Positions 13,670 through 26,700 of a stretch of 64,000 nt of DNA are shown in pieces (position 1 is the first letter of the stretch; every line of letters starts with the position of its first letter). The DNA is from Iphione sp. A-MEVVRFRX5. Taxonomy: Eukaryota. The DNA lies in the NCBI GenBank assembly GCA_976226885.1, contig OZ320313.1:31186001-31250000 (forward strand), in the 5' to 3' direction. Position numbers and translations under genes: made by a program. The notes under the pieces are model-generated. The model made no database searches and had not been told where the DNA came from. It saw only the letters and a list, made by a program, of their open reading frames with translations.

Positions 13670-16600
13670 AGTCACTCGCATTCTCGCTGAAGGTCAAGAG
13701 GTAGGGGCTGATGAGCAAATTTACTCAAATCAATTAGACTCCGATGTCAACAGGAACCATTTTGTTTTGACAGTTTAAGTCTGGGAACAAAGCCTCTTTA
13801 GAACGAAGTAGACTATTTCTTTGTAAGTTTTGGCCTGAGGCCACTTTTTGGAAAATCTTTCCGTCAAAATTGTATAAAAAGAAGGAAGACAAGTTCTTTT
13901 ATATGAATAAATGACCTATTAGCATATATCCATTCAAAATCAATTAAACTTTCTGCTGCAATATGTGCTTCTCAAAACGAAGTTTGCCACAACAAAGTAA
14001 AATCTAGGAACACATGTACTTGCGTTAACAGAGGAGGTAATATCTGTATTAGATCAGGCATAAGGGCAGTACGTTATATGATATACTACATGAGTTCGCA
14101 TGTAAAAGGTAGCTGGTGCTATATGTTAGGTGCTACTTCACATTTCATTAGTAGGCCCTATGCACATTATATAAATGTATTCATATACATGCCATGTTTC
14201 TTCTTTAGCTTCAAATAGTAAAAACGCCTGATGTCGGCCACACAGAATGTCTGACTTGAAGAGACGCATGTGGGAGAAGTAAATTATCTTGGTTAATTTA
14301 ATGACCTGGAAGTGTCCTAATTACGATGATTCATCAACTCCCCTGTCGGTTATTGTATTTTCATTGCTAGAGATACACATCTGGTTCGGTAATGGGCTTG
14401 TGTCTGATTCACAGTGAGCAGGGATGTATTTAGCCGGCAGCGCTACCGCTGATGATATTTAAAGTTGCAGTATAGTTTTCTACAAACGGCTAGTGTGTGC
14501 TATGTAATTGTTATACTTATAGTAACCCATGATGAGTGCCTTACCGCCATTCAATATTTACACCATCATAATGCTGAGATTTCCAAATGAAGTCCCAGAC
14601 ACCGACCCCTTCAAACCATCCCCCGCGGTTTCTCAGACTCGAGTTCAATAAGTTCAATCAGCTGTCACTTGTGACATGATCGATGACGTAGGACGTGGCA
14701 TGGTCTCCAGGGGCCTAACCTCGACGCCCCCTGGATGGCAAGTATGAAAGCACAGGCGGAAGCTGAACATGGCGCCTCCCTGCCTAGAAGAGCTGTTCCG
14801 TTGCCGGGTCTCTGTCGCGAAACACAACTGACAGCTATTGTAGAAAACGTTGCGGTGTACCTTCGCGATCATGAGACGTCGTCATGATAGTCACGGGATA
14901 AAAATTCCCATGCCGGCCGCCATGTTATGTGTGTTTTGTCTCTCGGTCCTTATATTCGGAAATTGACTTCAACTTTTTCATCCACATGGTGGTGATTAAC
15001 GTGTCCTTATATGTAAGGTAGACAGACTGGCAGACGCCAGGAAAAATAACAGATGGAGACGACGGATGTCTCAACTGGCGGCAGATGTTCAGAGTTGGAG
15101 TGTGGAGAAGAGAGGATACTAGTTAGTGCCTCGGAATGTGACATACCTACGTCGATACTTAGTACCTGGCCTTTCCAAAACACCTTGAATTCTAAGAAAG
15201 CCTCAGCGCTAATGAGATCAAATGTTCTCTACGTAGATTCGTAGGTCTCTGTATGTTTCCATGACTCAGTGTACGAATATGGCACACAGACATGCTCATA
15301 TTCTCACTGTTGTGACTTGTTTTGGCCCTGCTCATCAGCCTCATGATGAGTGGTGATCAGTTGGGTAAGTGCAGTTCAAATTTGAAACGCTTTGCGGAGG
15401 GAGTAATTCATGCTTTCTGTTAAGTTTAATTAGCAGCTGTGGACCATGGCATGTTGTTTTCAATAAACATGCCCACCAGCAGTAGGTCTCTGCAGTGTCA
15501 TTAACATGCTGACTCTGGACCTCCCTGGGACCGGGGGAGGAGGTTGGAGGGGGGAGGGGGTGCTTGTTGGAATGGAAATGTGTGGCCGCATCATTAGAGG
15601 CAGGAAGAGGGATAATTACCTTGTCTATCCCATCCCCTGAGGGGACCATGCTCATTGCGTCGTGACCTTCTATCTGACTATCCCCTCAACGCACACCTTT
15701 ATAGAATAAGGATTCAGCATATCTCTGAAATAAAACTTTGCCATCACCTATGCTAATATTATAACTTCAAAACCCATGTCAGTCAGTATCCACCAGTAGA
15801 AAGGGACTGTATTGAACTCTAGAGGTAAGTCTTCTATGCATCAAGCCCAGATCGCATTCCGATGTGGCATGTGGCTAAGCTGCAATACAAATCGCTGGAT
15901 AGCGGATATTTTGTACAGCACATGGATGTCCAAAATCTGACATTTATAAGAATTACTATAATATTACTTAAAGAGAAATAAGGAAGTACACTGATTGAAT
16001 GCTGATGCCCCCCCCCCCCCTTCCTTGATGTATGACATTTCTCAGTCACTTGTGCAGTCATTAGGGAGATGCTAGGCTTTTCGAAGTGCATGGTCTGGCC
16101 TTATATGGTCAGAGTGCTGTAGATTAAGCGCTGAGTTCAAATCGTATTATTCAGTAAGCCACAAAAGGGGTGACGATTACGGTAATCTTGTCTACAATTT
16201 ATGGTTAAGGTTACATCTCAACTTGACAAGTCCCTACAAGGGCAGACGACGGCTCGGCCTGCCTGGGTGGCTAAGGGGTTGGGTTAATCCCTCCTCTAAG
16301 CTCCAGTGGATTAGGCTAAGAGCTAAAGGCAGTGTGCTTTTTTAAGCACGAAACGCTCTCACTATAGTAAGGTCAGGAATTCACCAGAATGATTCAGCGT
16401 GAAAAATGAAAAATGGCATGCGCAGCCAGGGGTTGTTTTTTTAATTAGGGAGTAAACTGGATTACTCTGCATCCATAAGGCTAACATAGAATTAATGCCT
16501 CACACTTAGTTAGACAGAAAGGATACAGGAACATCAAAGCTTTTCGACCCTAAACTTCCATTGTTGCACAAACATATGAACAATCCCTAAGTGTCCTTTG

Positions 16601-19600
16601 AAATCAGGTATATGAGAGGCGCCACTTGAAAATAGCACAGAGTATGTTGTTCATATGTGAACGGTCAAATACCTACTCTCACACGAGCATCTATGTACGT
16701 ATGGATGTACAGTGTGCTTACAGTTCGGTCAGCAGAGATACACGATGCTGTTTTTGTTACAGTAAAGGTTACCGTTTAAGTTTGTGTACAGGTGTCCATT
16801 ACGAAGCCCAGTCTACAGAGTATTCTGCTCTATAATAGATTGGGGATCAGTTTCACAATAGTGTTAGTAAAAGTTTGGCAGACAGTATTCCTGACAAACC
16901 TTCAGTATGTGAAGTAGCTTCAACAGGCTAGGTACGCAGAGGAGAAAGTGGCTTTCAGTCGAGGAGTGGTCGTTTCCTTATATGGCTAATAACTGGCATG
17001 CTAAGGGCTAGCTGGACATTGGGCACTTTAGACCAGGTAAACCAATACCGGTACACTTAACGGACTCTACAGACCCTTGACCAAGTTGTAAAGCTTAGAC
17101 CACTGCTTTTGGTGGACACTGATTCTTGCCATAAGACTTAATGGTATAGGAACAAAATACCTCTGATTTTTTGTGAGGATGCGGTATGGGGAAGGAAAGT
17201 AAACGGAATGGTGCTTTTGATGCAGAGGTGATTATCACGATTGTTATTAAGGCCCGCAGTTTCAATGTCCCATAGATGGAGAATATATTTTGAAGCTAAG
17301 AGATCCATGTTGTGGTATGGACCGTGGAAGCCAGGAGAGAGACCAGATTGAGTAAAGCAGCCACTAACGAAAGCCAAGCAATGAAGCCAACTAGGCGTGC
17401 GGCTGTGAGGGAGAAGCATGGACACAAATTGGCAGTGTTTATTTTTAACGAGCAACTCCCGCTGTTCTGCTCACACCGAGCCTTCCCCAGTGGCTTCCTG
17501 AGTGCCTCATCTGCCATGTTTCCTTGAAGTCAAATTCAGCTTCAGGTTAATGGCAGACTGCAAGTCGTCCTAGCTGAGAGGGAGACCGCTGGCCTACTGA
17601 TGCGAATGCTGTTTGTTAGGATCTGTTATAAGGGCTGACTGGTGTTTGTTAAATATTGCCGTTGTTTGCCACAACCCTTCAAGAGTATGATTCCAGTGCA
17701 CAGAAATGCATTACAAGCAATGTCTTTACGAACTACGTCCCTAAGAAGCACTCCCGTTAATTTGACTATTTTTTCCATCTTACAAGTATTGTTTCGCTAT
17801 CGGGAAAACTTTTATATCCGTCGTGTATTGTTTATATATGGTACAGTCCACAGTGTAGCCAAATGTTACGATATCTTTTTATGTGACAGGTTGTCGCAAC
17901 ACAAAATTAGCCCAGAGGCATTTTTATACGCACGTCTTTCCTGGCCCGGTGGAATTTTTGATGCATGCGAAGCGGGTTTTGTTTCGGTCGTTTTCCTGTC
18001 AAGTTCTGTCTTTGTGAACATTGTTGTATATTGGATCCCCTGTACCACTTCACTACCGTTACTGATCCGTACAACGATCAGTGCCATACGGTAGAGTTGC
18101 TGTGTGGCCCTCTGGCGTAATGCTACCGTATATATATACAGAAAGTAAACGCTCTGCTTCTGAAGTGAATACTGTAGGATCAATAGAGGAGCCCCAGAGA
18201 TCCGGGTGGTTTGCTCAGCACCTGCGGCCTCTACCGACTGCGTGAGTTACTCACTGAGCGGCTCCAAGAACAGTTTCATTCGATTTGGGAACAGAACAGT
18301 CCCAATTGTTTACCATCCCTGAGGTACCACATTCATCCTGCATGGTTTATACTTGCACGTTTACAGTATATCAGACACTGACACATCAGACACTGACATT
18401 CTCAGTTGAGGTCTTGGAAGCAAACGAGAAGGAACCGTGACGGGGTTTATTCCTCCCCCATTGCCTGATGTTGCCCCAAACCTTTCCTTCGACTGGGACC
18501 CAACCCGTACAAGTTGGATGGTTACGACAGGTCCGACCATGACGGGTCCTCCAGGTCACGTCGACGCTGTTGCAGGATGAGAAAACCTCGTCAGGCCGGG
18601 AGAGGGCTTTGAACGGGATTTCTTTTTTCGCCATAGAACCAAAGACCCTTTCGTCTACATTATGTAGTTAAACAAGACGGAAAATTTTCTGTGCCATGTG
18701 TTAGGAGAGGATAAGATGTACAGGTTTAATGGTCACACAAATATATTGTACAAACCTCAATGTATTTATGTCCCACAGATACGTTATGCATCTGTATGCA
18801 TGTTTGCGAGAAGGCATACATGCATACACACTTGCAAACATACCATGGGTGGAGGTTATGTGTAATTGGTGGAGGGCAGAGGGAGCTGTATTTGGGCGGA
18901 GGGAGTAGTGGAGGCCGGAGTTTGGGGTTGTCCAACAGGGCAGAAAGAGGTAACTGGGTGGAGGGATTTTTCTTCTAGTATATAAGTAGTTAGGGTGGAG
19001 GCCCAGTTGTCAGTTGTGTCTTAACCTTTCAAGAATAAACAACTCAAAATCACGTTTGGAGTCCACTTGTCGTTATTATGGCAAAGGCAAACAATGCGTA
19101 CAGCAACATGTATAGGATATCAACTCACTGAGAAGACAAACTTGAAGGAGAAGGAAACCAAGTGCTAGAATTATACTCTTTTCTCTGGTTCATGTCTACC
19201 TTTGAGCTACATAGTAGTTTTTCAAATTATTACAAGTTATCGGGAAAATGCGATAACGACGTTCCGTAGATCAACTCAGTCAGGCGACAGATTCTAGGAA
19301 GAGAACAAAATCATCCAGTCCCAAAAATGATCAGTAGCGTGTCTGCTGTTATGTGGAGGTAAAAATACCAAGCGGTTCCGGAAACAATAACCATTAAATC
19401 ACCACTTCCATTTTTTTAAGAATTCGTGATCACCAGTGCGCAAAACATACGGGTAGTGGGGTTTTTTTTGTCCATTTGGATATGGCATGAAATCGAAGCC
19501 AGTCAGCCAGTAACGAATTTCCTGCTTGTGTTGACGGTTGCCTTCCACGCTGCTCATTGTCCATTCCATTGGGGGCAATCAAATGCCCACCCTAATGTGC

Positions 19601-20418
19601 ATTGTTTGCCGCCCCATAAATCTAAACGCCATTACAGGCATGGCACACAAATTATCAGGTAGGTCCCTCTGGAGGTACCCGTTGGGCAGGGGAAAAAAAT
19701 GGGTAGGGACACACTCGGCTAGGGTTACCGGTTATTCTTCCTCCCGATGGTGCCTTTAGTCTGCTTGAAGGACTCGTAATATTTTTCTTAAGTTTCGTAC
19801 CGGCGCGTTCTGGTGGTCAGATGGCCAAGAAGACTTCACGCTAATCACACTAAAATTTCAAAAAGGCTTCCATGTCCAGACCAGCCAGCATGTACTAGAT
19901 ATTCATATACATTACACTCAAAGGGGACACCGAGGGACAGCCCTCTGTTCTGACCTAAACTCTTCTCGTGTGGTTATTTGAAAACTTGAAATGACCTGTA
20001 ATTTGCTCTCAGTCTGGTTCATCAATGACTCTGATTGTTGCCTCATGTGTTTAACTTCTCACACTGTACATGTTACTGATTTAACTCACTCGCTATTGCT
20101 TACAGTAAGGTAATACACCAGAGCTTACTTTCATGATCACACCTTTGCTCGTTTTCTCTAATTTGCCTTGCACTATGATGTTGTGTGACACTTTGCATTG
20201 GTCATTGTTTGAATATCTGGATTCGCTATGCTATATGTTTATGTCACATGCCCTATCTTATGTCGTTTTTGGGCTGGTACCATACATGCGTTCACCTTCG
20301 TCTTCCTGCGTTTTGCATGCATTTTGCTCTCATGCAGCCTCATGGAAAATGGTGTCTATTGAACTTGTGTTTCTGCTGCGTGAGAGCTGTGTCAGAGCTG
20401 CGTGAGAGCTGCAGAATA

Positions 20419-20669
20419 GTATGAAAACTGATGAATGTCACTGGCAAAAGTATAAAAACTTGTGAATGTCATTGGAAAATGTCTAAGAACTGGTGAATGT
20501 CACCGGAAAAATATAAAAACTTGTGAATGTCACTGGAAAATGTGTAAAAACTGGTGAGTGTCACTGGAAAAAGTACAAAAACTGATGAATGTCACTGGAA
20601 AAAGTATAAAAACTGGTAAATAACTCTCTGGGAAAAAAGTATAAAAACTGTTGAATGTCATTGGAAAAA
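20419..20669 (+). repeat. Minisatellite, about 8 copies of a 31-bp unit GTATAAAAACTGGTGAATGTCACTGGAAAAA
   Basis: Head-to-tail diverged copies read directly, with no unique spacers. Confidence 0.9.
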
Positions 20670-20759
20670 GTATGGAAATTGTGCATAAATGTGCAGACGT
20701 GTGGAAATGTGCAGGAATGTGAAGGAAATGTGCATCAATGTGCAAGAATGTGCAGAATA
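20670..20759 (+). repeat. Degenerate ~10-bp tandem repeat (RAATGTGCAG-like)
   Basis: aaatgtgcag / gaaatgtgca / gaatgtgcag units directly follow the 31-bp array. Confidence 0.7.
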
Positions 20760-23700
20760 TAGCCATCTCCAAAATCCATCTGGCCTATACTCCTCTCCGT
20801 TGCTGTCTGTGTGGGTTGAATTATTGGGCAGGGACCATTTATGGTCAACGGACTTCAAATGGACCTCAACGCACAGCACTCAATTGACACCTTACAATAG
20901 ATATCACTGTTTCAATAAAAACGAAGCCAAATGGAGCCAACAGGCATACACCTCAACGCATGTAAGGAAACCGGCCCCTAATTATCTTTTTGTAAACCAG
21001 ACTATTGATTACCTGTAGGTGATAACGTTCAGATTGTTTGCAAGAGCAAGCATTTAATCACTGTGCCGGCTCTATCAAGTGCTCTTATGACCCTCACTAA
21101 ACTATACTAAAAGTTCCGTTTTGTGTGATATGTATATTGTGATAAGTACCATGTATAAGGTGAGAACTGCTGGGTCAAATTACTGAAAGTTTATATCAAT
21201 TATTTAATGCTTATTTTCCTTCATGCTAATTACTCCTACCACAAGAGTCCTTAATTTGATGCATTATTGTGCCATTGTGTGTGTATTCCTTCCCCTAACA
21301 CACATACTTACCATGTCATGTCTGTGGATCTCCAATGCACTGTCACACAATGTTTAAACTAAGCACACACGGGGAGGCATCAGATATCATAACATCTTAA
21401 TAACATGCTTCATAACATGTTTTTGCATATCCTGTTCTATACCACTGTTACGTACCATGGCGCGGGAGAACCAGGTGACACACCGATCATCCAGCACTGC
21501 ATAAACTACGCACACATGGTTATGGTGCCAGTAAAGTATATACAGTCGTTCCTTACACACTCTCGGAATTGTGTCTGGGTCCGGAAAATATGTACCCATA
21601 GAAAGACAGCCTTATAATTCATTTGAGGCTGCTCAATGCCCTCCTGAAAACCATAGCCATTTTAAAACTAGATTGACCATTGCCATAAAAGCGACATTAT
21701 GTATCGTGGACTGTAGTTACTATTCAAATTATATTCCGAAATGTATGAATAGACGGGTTCTTCCCATCAGTTTTGTCTCTTTTAACTATAAGCTCCATTT
21801 TGTCGGCGTTTCTTTGGACGCTTAGACGTAGCGAAGCTGAGATCCCAATTAGCATTGCTGAATTAAACCATTAGGCGCCTTTGAATTGAGAGGCACTAGA
21901 GGGATCGGCAGGAGGAAAGGTCCATTAAGATTAAGTCCCCTCGCTCCTTGAGAAAACAATGGCTTAGCTGTATGGTATACGAGAAGGATGGATGTGCATT
22001 TGGAGAGTGAAAAGCAGGAGGAGTTGGGGAGAAGGGAGAGGGCAAGCGATCGAGTGGTGTATGGAATTTTTAGCGGGAAGGACGACGGCGAAATCTTTCA
22101 GCAGTTGATTGAGCCTGTCTAATGACTACCTTTATAGTAGCAAGCAGGGCGACGGGCGAGCCCATGTCAAGCGCGAGTAGACATTATGAGCCGCTTACTT
22201 TAGGCCTCACTAAGCAGAGTTATGGGAACGATACTAATGATCGCATACAGAAGGCTTAATCTTCCTCCTTTCCTGTAAAGACTTAGACGTTTGCAGCGCA
22301 TCGTGAATGGATTGCTTACAGCCAGAGGACCCATAGAAAGATTTGCAACTTCAGCCTCACAAGTTGGCCCGGTAATTTATCTTGGCACAAAAGTTTTTGT
22401 TGTCTTGCATGTTTTTTTTACTGTTACATCATTCCCTGGATTCTCAGTACATTCGCAATGACGATGTTGTATCAAGCACACGCATTTTCAATCATTATCA
22501 ACTCGAACACGCGAATGACATTGATTCAGATTCAGCTCATGGACAGATTAAAGGTACCAAATGCCTACAAGTTTAGAAAAGAGTATGGCTAAGTTACGTG
22601 ATTCAATAACTCGAAAAAAAGTCTTGGCATGAATACCACAGCAACTGATCGTCGGCAACAAGCAAAGCCCTGTCCTCTTTTTTATACTTAAATGGCTCAT
22701 TGAATATTCCCGACAATATCTGTTAATTTGTAGCCAGTGATAGTACTTCCCAGTTGTTGGCTGGCATTATCCTGACTTAAGCGTTTGCTCTGTGCATATA
22801 TACAGTTGTAATTAGCTTCACATGCCTGTACGTACATTGACGAATATACACAGCCGTGTAGATAACTCACTCACCAACTCACCGGCGCGGCACATCCAGC
22901 GGGCTGTGACGTGGCAGTAATAGGCACTCTTGAGACGTCATGCATTCTTTATGAGCAATAGAAGATGTCCTATTACTAACACGTCAATCTGCAGCAGTTC
23001 AGACCATTTCTGGTGTCCCCCTTTATGGTTTTCGCGGTATAAAAAAGAGCATCACTGCAGTGTGTTTGTGCTATATCTGCGCTTAAGTATATATGGAGGC
23101 CTGGATGAACAAAACAACTTGTTAGATAAGTCCTCTGCATGTATCTTTCCGCTTAGTTGTTTTTCAGTTATTTTTATCGCAAGATGTTTCTTTCCATGCC
23201 CGTTCATGCGAGAGGCTTGGTTGAAAGGTAACAGTGATCCACTGGAAGCGTAGTCCCGCCGTGTATTACAGATTTGTAATTTGAGGCACGACACACTGCA
23301 TGTCTGAACCTCTTCTTACACAACGAACTTAATGTGGAAGGCACTGCTGTATGTACATGTGGAATTATGATACTGTATGACTCCATTCGCCCATGGAAAC
23401 TAGCTTCTACCCGTACAGATGTATCTAGAACACTCAGGCAAAAAAGACAACGATGGTGCTCTCAAAGACTACTTAATGAACTGTCGCGCAGTCTTCATGG
23501 GTGTATTCATACTAATGCATGGACGTATTTGGAATCGCCCGGTGTCGTTAATAATCTGCCTGCTGTGATGTATGAATCATTTGGATTGTGTGTTACATAT
23601 TTGAGCAGAGAGGAAACCTGAGAGGAAACTTGATGGCATGATAGCAGCATACATGTATAGCAATACGACAAAAGGGCGACACAAAGAGTTGGGGAAAATG

Positions 23701-26700
23701 TCTCCATAGGATAAGGAAATAAGGGTTTATCATGTAAGAAACAAAAAAGGAAAGGATTAGGGATAGTCATTCTTTTCCATCTGTCTCCTTCCTGATGGTG
23801 CCCAGTTGTCATATTACTGAAGTGTTACAGATGCTTCCCCTACCCATCTTCGTCTCCAATCTAACAGGGACCCATTTTTCTCTACAACTTCGGCGGCCAT
23901 CTTGCTCCGACATTGTCTGATGTGATCCTGTTGAGATATAAACCTCATCACGGGAAGACAACTTTATTGCACATAGTGAGCCATGAATCCCCATAGCATG
24001 TGGCGCGGAATTGCTTCAGTGGTATAGTAGGAATGCCGTGTTTGCGGCAAGAGCCTCATTAGTGTCAAACTAAGGTATTGTTTGCGTTGGGGAGATTGCG
24101 TGTTTGTCAGGTTTTACAGTCGATATGCTTCTACCACAATATATGGTGTCTCACACCGTTTGTTCTCTTGCGACATCAACTCATAAATCACGTCGAGATC
24201 ATTATCCCTCTCCCCAGAGAGACTGATGGACTGACAGACACACAGACGGACAGAGAGAGAAGGGAGAAAGAGAAGGAGACAAATAAAGTCAGTGAAACGA
24301 GAGACAGAAACAGTGAAGGCTCAGGGCGCGAATACAGATGCTTTCCACGTTCCATGACGACCCTCATTCGGGATGCTCTTCTCTCCTTTGCCCTGTCACT
24401 CACGCTGTCACCTCTTTACTTTGTTCCCCTCTCTCACACACCCCTCCTTCACTTCTCCTGTCCTCTCCTCACGCTGCCGACTTCGCCCTCTGGCCGACGT
24501 AACATGAACGATGAAGGTGTCCCGACCTTAGCTGACCCCCTGATTGCTTTATTGAATGTCCATGCCATGTGCTGCGTTCCCAGGTTGCGTGATTGCAACT
24601 GCCTGGTTGGGAAAATGCTCACAACGTGTTTCACATTGGAAACCTTTTCCATTCGTTAAAGAGAAAAAATGAGCATCTGTACGCGAAAAGGCACGGCAAG
24701 TGGCAACCGATTCAAAAACATAGAAATCGCCCAGCCTCTCACCCTCCCACTAATCAGGTGACGAATATGCCGTCACTGTTTTTATGTGTTGAAACCACCC
24801 GAATGTAGCCAATGGATTAAAGTCTGTCTGTGATTTTTTTTCAAGAAACTTTGAGAATTGCGACATCAACGTACCCCCGCAGGGTAAAACATGACGGGAA
24901 TTCAGGCCGAAACATGGATCTATAAACGTGGTGGAAATAAACCTCTCCGTGAAAGGAGATCTATATTACATCGGGACAAATGGACCATGCAGGCCTAGGA
25001 CTCCAGCTCCACAGTATTATTTTACATTGAAGTAATAAATAGTCTCCTGCCATCGGTCACTATCTTCGTGTGTTGCTCAGCCGATTCCGGGGCGCGTGTG
25101 GGCAGCCTCACGACGTATCCTGATATTTGGCAGCTTGCTGTGTTGTCCCAAGTGGCGTGGTCATGGTGTAACGGTTCACCTTAATGACCCTAATGAAGTC
25201 CGCTTGAACTGATTCGGCTTTCCTGGCAATCGGATTAGCGTGATTAGGTACGCCTGAAATGGTGGCGATGGCATGAACCTGATCCATGCGCTAATGCGTT
25301 TCTTAGGGAAGCCGTAGTGATGGCGTGGTGATAGTTTTGTAGGAAGTAAGTAATCCCGTTAAGTGTCGTAGTCTAGGCGTGTTATGAAGCCCTAGGAGTC
25401 CTATGTCCGAAGTTATCATGTTTAATGCTAATTGTCTAAGCCTCATACGATGGGTATCATTTCGGCTCAGCATACTGTAACGTTTGACTTGGGCTCTGTA
25501 ATGCGTAACGACAGGCACGCTTGGTATGGACAGATTATCAATGCACGACATTTTCCTATTTCTTCAGAGGGTATGAAACAACAGAACAGTATCAACCGCT
25601 CGGTGTATCATGCCTCGCTCGCATCGGTTTTCACTATAGACTGTATTCTTGGTAATTAAGTTGTAGCGTGTTTTTGTTAGGGTTTCATATCGAGATTCAA
25701 ATTAGTCGACATATATTTTACTGTAAATATGGCGAACTAATTAGCTTTGACAATTGCGTGTCGGTCTGTCTGTCCGAGATGTTTCCTCTCGGGATGCATG
25801 TAATATTTCTGAAGCTAACTTCTCAAAAGGAGACAGATCCCTTCGCGGTAGACCGACAGAGAGGACTTAACCCTACTAGACTTAGTCTACAATAGGCATC
25901 ATTATTCTATGTGGGAAGGAGCACCTTTCGGTGATTACTCTGTTGCCCCCCGGCGACTAGCTAACCCACTTTTTTCTTCTCCAAAACAGTTTTCTCACAG
26001 GCGATATAGTGCTGCTTTATTGTCACTTCGTTCTTGGTGTTAGTGTAAATAAGAGACATTTTGTGGTTGCATACCCTTGAAATGTACGCTGTGTTGTGAT
26101 CGTTGCATGGTAAAAAGTCGGTGTCTCCCCGCCCGCCAGCAGTATTGGTATACGATGTGTATCAATTTACTTTGTTCCTAATGGAAGCCGATCTGATTCG
26201 GTCAGTGACATCTCCCCCCCGCCCCCCCCCCCCCAACAATTACATGCTGTTAGGTTGTTGAATGAATCTAGGAAGCTACAGCTACGAAGGAAACCTACGA
26301 GTGTATGTACTAAAACTACGACTGGAGCAAACGACAAGTGCCTGCAGCCAATTGCTCCATTAGTTGCCGGCTTTGTACTTTTGGGGCAATAGCAGTAGGT
26401 ATAGCTTCGTTTCGCCCCCACTTCCGGTTCTGTGTCCCTCTACTTCGCTTAGCAAAATTCCTTCACCCCCACCACCCCCAGCCCCACCCCAGCGCCATTG
26501 ATTTCGTCGGCATTTCTGGGAGAGAAATGCTGGAGGGAACAGGATACCGCGAGAAAGACAGTGGGAGCAAGGAGGAGGAGGTCGAGGTGGAGGAGGGTGT
26601 TTATCCACCCTTCGACAACTGCAAAACGCTAGCGTGCCGCGTCTGTCGCAGCCGTTTGAAAGGGGATGGTGTTATCAGGGTCCCTATCTGCGATGGAGAT

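Noticed and set aside
16090-16145. Possible A/B-box tRNA-derived SINE head (gagttcaaatc)
   Set aside because: The A box is degenerate, and there is no cloverleaf, tail or TSD.
20419-20669. 31-bp repeats as a CRISPR array
   Set aside because: The copies are head-to-tail without spacers, the context is eukaryotic, and there are no cas genes.
24078-24659. 193-aa ORF on the + strand
   Set aside because: Built from GA- and CT-rich low-complexity tracts. It contains MCCVP, vaguely like the NHS-1A N-terminus, but has no phase-1 donor.
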